64,000 bases of DNA from Caldisericales bacterium. GTDB taxonomy: Bacteria > Caldisericota > Caldisericia > JAAYUI01. Positions 8,990 through 19,546 of this stretch are shown here, piece by piece. Numbering within the stretch: position 1 is the stretch's first letter; each line of letters starts with the position of its first letter. The notes beneath the pieces are model-generated. The model ran no database searches. It saw only the letters and a list, made by a program, of their open reading frames with translations, and was not told the origin of the DNA. A program made the translations under genes and the position numbers. The stretch covers positions 17,180-81,179 of the forward strand of contig JAAYUI010000012.1 in NCBI GenBank assembly GCA_012517765.1. Direction: 5' to 3'.

Positions 8990-10381
8990 ATGGGCAAATC
9001 AAAGAAAAAGAAGGCCAGGGCGAGACTGGTAAGGGCATTTGTCAGGCTTGTGCTCCTTTTGGGTGCAGCATTTCTTGTTCTGTGGGTCCTCTGGACAGGG
9101 TTTGGGTGTTTGTTCAGTTCCGGAGGCGGGAACAATAACACTTCCTTGTATTTTTATGATGATATACTTGGCACACTCACCCCTGTTGAACGCAAGATAA
9201 GCTCCCAGCCAGATTTGGCAACAAACGCCGTTCTGGAACTAATAAAAGGGCCGCAGCCAGGCGAACACGTCAGAGCGACCTTAAATCCCAGAACAAAACT
9301 TATCTGGTTAAAAACCGAGGGCGGGGTAGCGACGGTCAACCTGAGCAAAGAGATACAAACCCGAATATCTTCTGATGTTCCGGAAAAGATGGCAATCTAT
9401 TCCATCATCAATACTTTGACTTCCACAAAGGGTATAAATGCAGTGGAATTCTTGATTGATGGAACAAAACCAACATTTTTCCAGAGCTCTTTTGATGCCT
9501 CAGGGCAATTTACGCAACTCCTGGAGGAAAACAAAAACACCAGGGACTGCTATCTGTACTTCCCGGACCTGGAATCAAAATACATAGCAGTCGAAACGGC
9601 AAAGGTCAGAAATGTGCTTGATCCTGCAACATTTGCCGGGCTTGTTGCAAAAAGACTCATTCAGGGGCCACAATCACCCTACTTGACAAATGTTTTCCCA
9701 CCGTCTACGAAAGTCCTTTCGGTAAAGCTGGCCGAGGGAATGCTAACCATCAACCTGTCGATCGAGGCAAGGAACCAGAATACGGGGGCAGATGGAGAGC
9801 TTGCGATGATGCAGTCCCTTGTCTGGACATTGACAGAGATTCCGGGTGTAAGAAAAGTTAAGGTCCTTGTTGCAGGCAAAACCGCAGACACGCTTGGCGG
9901 CCACATTTCAACATTTGACCCGATCGAAAGAATGGACCAAGTGCTTTTCGACGAGAACGTAAAGGAAGGCGGCAAGGCCGTTCTTGTGTTCCTGTCGGTA
10001 GACATGGGCGACGGCATTTACCTGCCGGTGCCAAGAATAAGAAGCATCAGAATCGATGCCGATCCAATCCAGCAGGTTATAAATTTGTTATTACAGGGAA
10101 CAAATGCCGATGAGAGAGATTTCTCTATTGGCGCCTGCATTCCGGGCGAGACAAAGTTAAACTCCATAAAAAAAGAAGGGGACCATTATCTTGTGGACCT
10201 GAATCTCGACACAAAAGCAATTCAGGACGCTAATTACGAGGCAACAATGGTCAGGCAACTTGTGATGACAATCACGGAACTAGACAAGAATTCTGCCGTT
10301 CTTTTGTCCATCAACGGCGAAATCAGGGAAAGCTTACCCTATGGAACCAAAACCGGCACACCAATCCTGAGGGGCCCTTGA
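8990..10381 (+). CDS. Membrane-anchored GerMN (GerM-like) repeat protein
   Basis: 463 aa. A K-rich N-terminus is followed by the TM helix LVLLLGAAFLVLWVLW. GerMN-like modules repeat: LYFYDD..LTPVERKIS..AVLELIKGPQPGE...VATVNLSKEI...IYSIINTLTSTKGINAVEFLIDG, and again CYLYFPD...LIQGPQSP...LTINLS...SLVWTLTEIPGVRKVKVLVAG. Confidence 0.8.
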   Translation: MGKSKKKKARARLVRAFVRLVLLLGAAFLVLWVLWTGFGCLFSSGGGNNNTSLYFYDDILGTLTPVERKISSQPDLATNAVLELIKGPQPGEHVRATLNPRTKLIWLKTEGGVATVNLSKEIQTRISSDVPEKMAIYSIINTLTSTKGINAVEFLIDGTKPTFFQSSFDASGQFTQLLEENKNTRDCYLYFPDLESKYIAVETAKVRNVLDPATFAGLVAKRLIQGPQSPYLTNVFPPSTKVLSVKLAEGMLTINLSIEARNQNTGADGELAMMQSLVWTLTEIPGVRKVKVLVAGKTADTLGGHISTFDPIERMDQVLFDENVKEGGKAVLVFLSVDMGDGIYLPVPRIRSIRIDADPIQQVINLLLQGTNADERDFSIGACIPGETKLNSIKKEGDHYLVDLNLDTKAIQDANYEATMVRQLVMTITELDKNSAVLLSINGEIRESLPYGTKTGTPILRGP

Positions 10382-11958
10382 AAAAACTCTTTGCATTTTT
10401 GCTGATTCTTGTCTTGCTGGCAACAGGCTCGACAATAAGGGAAAAATCATATTATTTTGAGTCCGATAAACCACATGGCGAAGTGCTCCTACATGTTGAA
10501 GGTGGCAAATATTACTGCCTCGACAAGGCGCTACCGCAAGACGTCAGTGCCATCAAAACCATCTACGAACAAACAGAATTGGGCAAATTCCATTCGTATG
10601 AAATGGTTCTTGATGAACTGAATGGCCTATCGGAAAAATATCCCTCAAAATGTCATACGGTGTCGCTTGGACAAACAATCGAAGGCCGCGAGATCATGGC
10701 CCTGAGATTCCAGCCAGAAAAACCATCCCCAGCATTTCTTTTTATGGGTTGTCACCATGCTAGGGAATGGATGAGTGTTGAGGTTCCCCTCAGGCTTGCC
10801 CACATTCTGGCCGAGAATCCGGGCAACGATGAGAGGATTGATAAATGTCTTGCAAATTACGATATCTGGGTCATCCCCATGGTAAATCCCGACGGCCACT
10901 CCTATTCAGTCAAGGAAAACAGGCTCTGGAGAAAGAACAGGACAAAACAACAGGGTGGAGCGATAGGTGTAGACTTGAATCGTAACTATGGATACAAGTG
11001 GGGCGAACAGGGAGCTTCAGGAAACCCTTCCGATGAAACCTACCACGGCAATAAACCTTTTTCTGAGAACGAAACTTCAATCATAAAAGCACTTTCGGAG
11101 GAAACACCAATCATCGGCTGTCTTACTTACCACACTTTTGGCGAACTGATTCTATATCCCTGGGGATACACAAAAACAAAAACATCCTTTGATGCCAAAT
11201 TGGCAAAACTGGCCGAAGGAATGGCGAAAACCTCAGGGCCACCAAATGACAACGATTACAAGGAAAAGCCGCTTTCCGACAAATACGACTACATACCAAT
11301 GCAAGCCTCGGGCCTTTATGAATCATCCGGAGATTGCACGGATTTTCTTTTTTCTGAGTATGGTACACCTGCATTTACTATAGAAATGGGGGAAACAAAA
11401 GACGCCTTCGTCCCATCCGACACAATGATAGAGCCAACAATAAAACAGGTAATGGAATTCAGCTTCTACCTGATGGAAGAAACCCCCAAGGAGTTTGGTG
11501 TCCTTTATGGCAAAGTGACCGATATCTTCAAGAATCCTGTCCAGACAAAAATAACGATCCCTGGACTTGATCTACCGTTAAAAATTGATCCAGTAACAGG
11601 AAAATTTTTCAGGGTTCTCCCAAAGGGCAAATATCTGGTGAGTTACGGAAAAGACCAGAAAAAGCTTGTAGAACTCAAAGGTAATTTCCAAAAGGTTGAT
11701 TTGATTGTGGAATCAGATCAAAAGGTGTCATTATCCGGACAAATACTGAACCAGTCAGGTAAATTGATGAAAAGAAAGCTGCAACTGCTTGATGTCAGTG
11801 GGAATGCAGTGGAAGGAACTGCCTTCACGGAAAAGTTTGTCTACACGGTACCAACTGGATATTACACAATAAGGATTTTCCGTCAGGACATGGGGCCACA
11901 GGATTTTAAAGTAACACTCAAATCAGACATCGATATAGATTTAATAATCAGGGAGTAG
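10378..11958 (+). CDS. Secreted M14-family zinc carboxypeptidase with C-terminal carboxypeptidase-regulatory-like beta domains
   Basis: 526 aa. The TTG start overlaps the upstream TGA (TTGA). Signal peptide KKLFAFLLILVLLATGS. M14 motifs: FMGCHHAREWMS (HxxE zinc site), VIPMVNPDGHSY, WRKNR, GVDLNRNYGYKWG. Confidence 0.85.
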   Translation: MKKLFAFLLILVLLATGSTIREKSYYFESDKPHGEVLLHVEGGKYYCLDKALPQDVSAIKTIYEQTELGKFHSYEMVLDELNGLSEKYPSKCHTVSLGQTIEGREIMALRFQPEKPSPAFLFMGCHHAREWMSVEVPLRLAHILAENPGNDERIDKCLANYDIWVIPMVNPDGHSYSVKENRLWRKNRTKQQGGAIGVDLNRNYGYKWGEQGASGNPSDETYHGNKPFSENETSIIKALSEETPIIGCLTYHTFGELILYPWGYTKTKTSFDAKLAKLAEGMAKTSGPPNDNDYKEKPLSDKYDYIPMQASGLYESSGDCTDFLFSEYGTPAFTIEMGETKDAFVPSDTMIEPTIKQVMEFSFYLMEETPKEFGVLYGKVTDIFKNPVQTKITIPGLDLPLKIDPVTGKFFRVLPKGKYLVSYGKDQKKLVELKGNFQKVDLIVESDQKVSLSGQILNQSGKLMKRKLQLLDVSGNAVEGTAFTEKFVYTVPTGYYTIRIFRQDMGPQDFKVTLKSDIDIDLIIRE

Positions 11959-12676
11959 GCGGTTTTTCTCCAAATATATCCTCGTAAACTGGATATATAA
12001 GTCCTCCAGCCGCAAGATCAAACGGGTCCTTGTCTAGTGTGGCGCCATCCTTCGCTTTTTGATACCTGGAAAGCGATCTTAAAAGGGAATTCTTGGCTTT
12101 TCTGAAGGCATCGACAAGCTCAATATCAACTCTGTCCTTCTCGGCCTGGGAGATTATCTTGTCGAGGTTGGCGGCAAAAGTTGAGTAATTAATGGCAAGC
12201 GCCTCTTCGGCATCTTTTCTCTCAAACGGCAATATGGGCTCTGTGGGAACATCACCAACAGCATCCAGCATGGCTTTTGGGAAGATAAGTCCTTCCCTGT
12301 ATTTGGCCAGGAGCTCGTCGTCATAGTCAAATTGTGGCGAACCTTCAATTGGCAACCTTCCAGGTGGCGTTGTTGGTGCAAGCTTCTGGTCAATGAGGCA
12401 AACACCAAGCATCATCTTTTTTGCCCTTTGCTGACCGTACGCCTGCACGATGGGTCTGGGGACTGGGCGGTTGCAAACAACAATGTTGCCTTCTATGTCT
12501 GCACGAGTTATTCTGAAATCAGAGCCAATGATCTCCAGATTTTGCCTTGCAACCTCGATCGCGGTTTCATACGAGAGCCTCATTGAGGCCAGAGCCTCAT
12601 TGGCTGAAACAGGATCTCTGCTGCAAGATGACAGTAAGAAAGATATCGCAACAATTAAAAGGGGGAGCTTCCTCAT
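11948..12676 (-). CDS. Hypothetical lipoprotein
   Basis: 242 aa. MRKLPLLIVAISFLLSSCS carries a lipobox (LSSC). I recognised no catalytic motif. Its 3' end overlaps the convergent M14 gene by 11 nt. Confidence 0.7.
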   Translation of the reverse strand: MRKLPLLIVAISFLLSSCSRDPVSANEALASMRLSYETAIEVARQNLEIIGSDFRITRADIEGNIVVCNRPVPRPIVQAYGQQRAKKMMLGVCLIDQKLAPTTPPGRLPIEGSPQFDYDDELLAKYREGLIFPKAMLDAVGDVPTEPILPFERKDAEEALAINYSTFAANLDKIISQAEKDRVDIELVDAFRKAKNSLLRSLSRYQKAKDGATLDKDPFDLAAGGLIYPVYEDIFGEKPPTP

Positions 12677-12706
12677 TCTATTAAGAATTTAAGTTCAAAA
12701 AAGTCG

Positions 12707-12745
12707 GCGGTCAACCGTTGACCGCTTTCCGGAAGAATGTATAAA
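12707..12745 (+). promoter_or_regulatory. Perfect 19-nt palindrome overlapping a sigma70-like promoter upstream of pyrG
   Basis: The palindrome GCGGTCAACCGTTGACCGC (12707-12725) contains TTGACC (12718-12723). TATAAA (12740-12745) follows after a 16-nt spacer, about 18 nt before the pyrG ATG. The region lies between divergent genes. Confidence 0.35.
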
Positions 12746-12759
12746 AGTACGAGAGGTGA

Positions 12760-14388
<1,629 letters not shown>

Positions 14389-14403
14389 AAATCAGGTTTT
14401 TTA

Positions 14404-17400
14404 ATGGAACAATCATATATATTCATTAAAGGTGCCAGGGTGCACAACCTCAAAAACATTGACCTTACCCTCCCCAAAAACAGCCTAATTGTTGTCACTG
14501 GTCTTTCTGGCTCTGGTAAATCCAGCCTTGCTTTCGACACTCTCTATGCAGAAGGACAGCGTAGATATGTTGAATCACTTTCTGCATATGCAAGGCAATT
14601 CATAGGAATGATGGACAAGCCAGACGTTGACTATATTGAGGGGCTTTCACCAGCGATCTCGATTGACCAGAAGACAGGCTCAAAAAACCCACGCTCCACC
14701 GTTGGCACAATGACCGAGATTTACGATTACCTGAGGCTTTTTATGGCCAGGGTGGGTACCCCGCACTGCCCCAAGTGTGGGAAGCCAATTCAGAAGCAAA
14801 CCGTCCAGCAGATGGTCGACACCCTCATGGGAGATCACCCTGGCTTCAGGGCCACTGTGCTTGCGCCAATAGCAAGGCACAGAAAGGGTGAATATAAGGA
14901 GCAGATCGAAAAGATGCGCAAGTCAGGATACACAAAGATGCGCATTGACGGATTGACTGTTGATCTCGACCAGCCAATAAAAATGGACAAGAATGAGCGT
15001 CATACCCTGGAAGTGGTTATCGACCGCGTTTTGCTTGAGGAAGAGTCAAAAACACGGCTTGCCGACTCGCTTGAAACATCACTGAAACTTGGGGAAGGCG
15101 TCTTGAGGGTACTTGTCCAGAAGGCAAAAGACGACGAGCCAGTAGAGCTTACTTTTTCCGAAAACTTTGCCTGTCCTGATTGTGGTGTGGCAATTGAGGA
15201 AATCGAGCCAAGGCTCTTTTCATTCAATTCCCCATTTGGCGCCTGTCCGGTTTGCGATGGTCTTGGAAGAAGACTGGAAGTCTCGGAGGAGCTCATAGTT
15301 CCGGACTCAAACTACTCGATAGTCGAAGGTGCCGTAAAAGCCCCGGGGTTCTCGTCAACTGACAGCTACTCGGTGGCCATAATAAGACAGGTGGCAGAGG
15401 CCCTCGGTGCAGACCCGTTCAAACCATGGAAAGACCTGCCTGAAAAAGTTAGAAACGAGATCCTCTATGGAGGGGCAAAAAAGAGGATAAAAGTCCAGCT
15501 CACAAACGAGCGGGGAACATTCAGCTACAACATAAATTTCGAGGGAATCATCCCTTCGATACAGCGCAGGCACAAACAGACCCAAAGCGAAGGGATGCGC
15601 CAGGCCTATGAGGAACTTATGGTCGAGGTTCCCTGCCCGGCCTGTGGAGGAAAAAGGCTCAAACCGGAGGCTCTGTCTGTAAAGGTCGACGGAAAGAATA
15701 TTGCAGAGATTGCCTCGTGGTCCATAGACAAAACATTTAATTTCTTCGACAAACTGAGGCTTTCAGAAAAAAATATGGCCATCTCAAGGCAAATAATAAA
15801 AGAAATAAAATCTAGGCTCAATTTTCTTCTTGATGTCGGACTGGCTTATCTGAGCCTCGACAGGGGATCGGCAACACTTTCGGGTGGTGAAGCACAAAGG
15901 TTGAGGCTTGCAACACAGATAGGTTCAGGTCTCAGTGGCGTCCTTTATGTTCTTGACGAGCCCTCAATCGGGCTTCATTCAAAAGACAACAGAAAGCTTC
16001 TTTCTGCCCTTAAAAGACTGAGAGATATTGGCAATACATTGATTGTTGTCGAACATGACGAAGAAACAATAAGGGAGGCTGATTTCATAGCCGATATTGG
16101 CCCCGGTGCCGGGGTAAACGGTGGCCATGTTGTTGCAACAGGAAGCGTATCGGAAATATGCAAGGTCCCAATGTCAGAGACCGGAATGTATCTTTCTGGC
16201 AAAAAAAAGGTTGAAATTCCAGATGAAAGGAGATCTGGCGACGGAAGATCCATAAAAATCATAAAACCAACAGAACACAACCTTAAAGGGGACGATGTAA
16301 CAATACCCCTTGGCACTCTCACCGTGGTGACGGGTGTTTCCGGATCTGGAAAAAGTACCCTTGTAAACGACATCCTGTACGCGAATCTCGCAAAGGAACT
16401 CTATTCTGCCAGGGAAATGCCTGGTAAGTGCGAGAAAATAGAAGGAATACGCAACCTCGACAAAGTCATTATTGTTGACCAGTCACCGATAGGCAGAACA
16501 CCAAGATCAAACCCGGCAACATATACAGGGCTTTTCACCCATGTGAGAGACCTCTTCGCAAGACTCCCGGAATCCAAGGCAAGGGGATATGAGGCAGGAA
16601 GGTTCTCTTTCAATGTGAAAGGTGGAAGATGCGAGGCGTGCGAAGGTGACGGCATGATCAAGATAGAGATGCAGTTCCTTCCGGATGTTTATGTGCCATG
16701 CGAGGTCTGCAAGGGCAAAAGATTCAACAGGGAAACGCTGGAAATCAAATATAAAGGAAAAAATATTGCAGAAGTGCTCGACTTGTCGGTTGATGAAGCT
16801 TATGAAATGTTTGAGAGCATCCCGTCAATCAAAAACAAACTCCACATGCTAAGAGACGTCGGTCTTGGATACATAAAACTTGGCCAGTCAGCAACAACAC
16901 TCTCCGGAGGAGAGGCCCAGAGGGTCAAGCTCTCAAGCGAGCTTTCCAAGAGAGGGACTGGAAGAACACTGTACATACTCGACGAGCCAACAACTGGCCT
17001 TCACATGGCTGATACACACATGCTCATTGATGTCTTAAACAGGCTGGTCGACAAAGGCAACACCGTGCTTGTAATCGAGCACAACCTCGATGTCATCAAA
17101 TCAGCTGATTACGTCATAGACCTTGGTCCTGACGGGGGAGATGCTGGTGGAAAACTCATTGCATTTGGTGCGCCAGAAGAGGTTGCTGCAACAGAAGGCT
17201 CATACACTGGCGAGTATCTGAAAAAGATCCTTCCCAAAACAGCTATCGGGAAAACAAAGAGGAAAAAACAGACAGTTCCGGTCCAGCCACCAGCAAGTCC
17301 TTTTGATGAAGCAAAAGCGCAAAAAAAATCTGGTGGAAGAAAATTAAGGGTAGTTGACGATGAAATTGACGAGGAGGCAGTGCAAACGTTTATCTCTGAG

Positions 17401-17433
17401 CTGGAAGCTCAGGAAGAAAGACGTCAAGGGTAA
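14404..17433 (+). CDS. uvrA: Excinuclease ABC subunit A, with a 66-aa charged C-terminal extension
   Basis: 1009 aa. Two ABC modules (GLSGSGKSSLAFDTL and GVSGSGKSTLVND; LSGGEAQR twice). Zinc-finger Cys clusters: CPKCG, CPDCG..CPVCDG, CEACEGDG..CEVCKG. Confidence 0.97.
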   Translation: MEQSYIFIKGARVHNLKNIDLTLPKNSLIVVTGLSGSGKSSLAFDTLYAEGQRRYVESLSAYARQFIGMMDKPDVDYIEGLSPAISIDQKTGSKNPRSTVGTMTEIYDYLRLFMARVGTPHCPKCGKPIQKQTVQQMVDTLMGDHPGFRATVLAPIARHRKGEYKEQIEKMRKSGYTKMRIDGLTVDLDQPIKMDKNERHTLEVVIDRVLLEEESKTRLADSLETSLKLGEGVLRVLVQKAKDDEPVELTFSENFACPDCGVAIEEIEPRLFSFNSPFGACPVCDGLGRRLEVSEELIVPDSNYSIVEGAVKAPGFSSTDSYSVAIIRQVAEALGADPFKPWKDLPEKVRNEILYGGAKKRIKVQLTNERGTFSYNINFEGIIPSIQRRHKQTQSEGMRQAYEELMVEVPCPACGGKRLKPEALSVKVDGKNIAEIASWSIDKTFNFFDKLRLSEKNMAISRQIIKEIKSRLNFLLDVGLAYLSLDRGSATLSGGEAQRLRLATQIGSGLSGVLYVLDEPSIGLHSKDNRKLLSALKRLRDIGNTLIVVEHDEETIREADFIADIGPGAGVNGGHVVATGSVSEICKVPMSETGMYLSGKKKVEIPDERRSGDGRSIKIIKPTEHNLKGDDVTIPLGTLTVVTGVSGSGKSTLVNDILYANLAKELYSAREMPGKCEKIEGIRNLDKVIIVDQSPIGRTPRSNPATYTGLFTHVRDLFARLPESKARGYEAGRFSFNVKGGRCEACEGDGMIKIEMQFLPDVYVPCEVCKGKRFNRETLEIKYKGKNIAEVLDLSVDEAYEMFESIPSIKNKLHMLRDVGLGYIKLGQSATTLSGGEAQRVKLSSELSKRGTGRTLYILDEPTTGLHMADTHMLIDVLNRLVDKGNTVLVIEHNLDVIKSADYVIDLGPDGGDAGGKLIAFGAPEEVAATEGSYTGEYLKKILPKTAIGKTKRKKQTVPVQPPASPFDEAKAQKKSGGRKLRVVDDEIDEEAVQTFISELEAQEERRQG

Positions 17434-19546
17434 CCCTTCCGTCCATCTGCGAATGGATCATTTCGCCCCTGAGCGCCATTGCAATCCCTAGAAGAGGAAC
17501 AACCGGCCTTCCATTAACAAGCCTTGATGGACAGGGGAGCAGCATCTCTTTTGTTTCACCGGCACCCTCCTGGATAAAAACTCTTGATTCGCCAAGTCTG
17601 TGCGTTATTTTTATGTCCCCTCTTTGCAATACATAGTAGGTCGGTTCAAAAGTGTACTCATATTCATCAAGCGTTGCGTCTAGCGCAAGTTTGAAAATCT
17701 CCAGAGGAACTATTATGGAGCTGTTTTCAATGAATGGTTCCGGCCTTATTCTTATTTTTGTTTGCCCCAGATAACCAACCGTGGAGCCAATGCGCATCTG
17801 GAGTATTACATGAGTCCTGCCAAGGTTCCGTATATACTTGACTGGAACTATGAAACTCTGGCCTGTCTCGGGGCATGTTACATATATCTCTGCAGTATTC
17901 TCGCCAATTGAGGCAAGATCGTTTATTATTGTTGCAGTAAAATAGGTGCTGGTGTTTCCGTATATTCTGCCACTTGACTTCCCTACAACAACCCATGGAA
18001 CCTCAGATTTTGCATTGTAGGATACAGGGAGCTCGCCTTTATTGAAAAGTGTTATCGACGCAAGAGGGGTTCCCATGTTCAACCTGCCTTCAAGTTTGAT
18101 TTCTGTTGTGCCAAGTGAAAGAAATCCCGGTTTTGGCGGTATGATTTCTTTTTCACCAATTTTCTTGGCCAGCACATCTACTTTTATTGATCCATTGTTC
18201 CAGGCAACAATGACGTCGCCCTGTGATTCTCCGAGTGTCAGCGAGTGCATATCAAACTCAACTGCTACATCTACTTGCTCAAATGGCATGATTTCAAAAC
18301 CATTGTGTGAAACGGAAATCCACGGGCTGCTCGATGAAGTAAAGATCTGCTGTGGTTCCCCAGAGTTGTTTCTCACTGTCAGCTGGGTCATTCCATAAGG
18401 ATTGTTTGAAGGGATGCTTCCCAAATCAAGTTTTCTGGACGAAAGGGAGATTTCAAAGCCGGCCGTTCTAAGAGCAATAATCTTGTTTGCCCTTGTGGCA
18501 GCAAATATCTGGTCAAGGAAAGGTATGGGTTGGCCTATTGTCTCTGATGGCAACTCAAGTTGCCAGAGTTTTTCACCATTTTTCGGATCATGAAAGCTCA
18601 TTGTCTTTCCAAAACAGAATATATCGTAAGCCCTTGAAGATTGTGGCTGGACAGTCACAGGCCAGTGCTTTTCCCAAAGCTGTGTGCCATCCGACAACCT
18701 AAATGAATGCACTTTATTTGATCCAGAACAGACTATAACATGATCAACCGATATTGTTGCAGGCCAGTCGACAGGGCCGGCAACGCTGGATTTCCAGACA
18801 ATATTGCCTGTTGCATTCTCTATGGCATAAATATTACCAGACCTGCAAACAGCAACAACGTGATTCATTCTGGTTGAAATATGGGTCACTTCATCATCAA
18901 GGTTTTTTGTCCACATCATTAGCAATGTTGACTGTGATATGGCTTGTATACCCTTCCTGTCGGGTGTTACGGTAAATGCCTCTTTTTGCGAAAGCACTGG
19001 TGGTTCAAGGGAATAGCCGCACTGAATATACTTCCCGACAACCTTGCCCTTGTAAAGATCAATGGCCATTACCGAAGAGGTCCTTGCGATATGATTGAGA
19101 CCTTTGAGAAAAACATAGTTTTCACCAATAACAGGTGTTGTGAGTTCATCAAAACCTAGATTGATGAGAAACTTCTGTTCCCCTCTCTCAAGATCAAAGG
19201 CCTGTATGTATCCAAGTTTGCTAGTTACAAGCCCAATGGTCGATGTCACGCAAGGGGTATATTTCACATAATCAACGGTCTGTCTTTTCCAGAGCTGGTT
19301 TCCTGTTTCAGCATCAAGACAGACCACACTATACTGGCCAGAAACAACAAGGACATGTTTACCATTGGTTGCGCAAGGCAATTCCTCTGTATCATAATCA
19401 ACATGTCTTTTCCACCTCATCGTCATTGGCTCGCGCCCAATAAAATTCACACTGCCCGAATTGCCAGGATCAATTGGCGGTTCGGCGATCGCCGGAGATA
19501 CAAAAAGAACGGAGAAAACGATGAGGAGAAGAAGCGATTTTTTCAT
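17390..19546 (-). CDS. Secreted PQQ-like beta-propeller protein with two Ig-like domains and a C-terminal copper-amine-oxidase-N-like domain
   Basis: 718 aa. Signal peptide MKKSLLLLIVFSVLFVSPAIA. Propeller repeats: AETGNQLWKRQ, ATGNIVWKS, SDGTQLWEK, KNGEKLWQL. C-terminal stalk-domain-like block: IVPLEIFKLALDATL ... LVNGRPVVPLLGIAMALRGEM. Confidence 0.85.
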   Translation of the reverse strand: MKKSLLLLIVFSVLFVSPAIAEPPIDPGNSGSVNFIGREPMTMRWKRHVDYDTEELPCATNGKHVLVVSGQYSVVCLDAETGNQLWKRQTVDYVKYTPCVTSTIGLVTSKLGYIQAFDLERGEQKFLINLGFDELTTPVIGENYVFLKGLNHIARTSSVMAIDLYKGKVVGKYIQCGYSLEPPVLSQKEAFTVTPDRKGIQAISQSTLLMMWTKNLDDEVTHISTRMNHVVAVCRSGNIYAIENATGNIVWKSSVAGPVDWPATISVDHVIVCSGSNKVHSFRLSDGTQLWEKHWPVTVQPQSSRAYDIFCFGKTMSFHDPKNGEKLWQLELPSETIGQPIPFLDQIFAATRANKIIALRTAGFEISLSSRKLDLGSIPSNNPYGMTQLTVRNNSGEPQQIFTSSSSPWISVSHNGFEIMPFEQVDVAVEFDMHSLTLGESQGDVIVAWNNGSIKVDVLAKKIGEKEIIPPKPGFLSLGTTEIKLEGRLNMGTPLASITLFNKGELPVSYNAKSEVPWVVVGKSSGRIYGNTSTYFTATIINDLASIGENTAEIYVTCPETGQSFIVPVKYIRNLGRTHVILQMRIGSTVGYLGQTKIRIRPEPFIENSSIIVPLEIFKLALDATLDEYEYTFEPTYYVLQRGDIKITHRLGESRVFIQEGAGETKEMLLPCPSRLVNGRPVVPLLGIAMALRGEMIHSQMDGRVTLDVFLPELPAQR

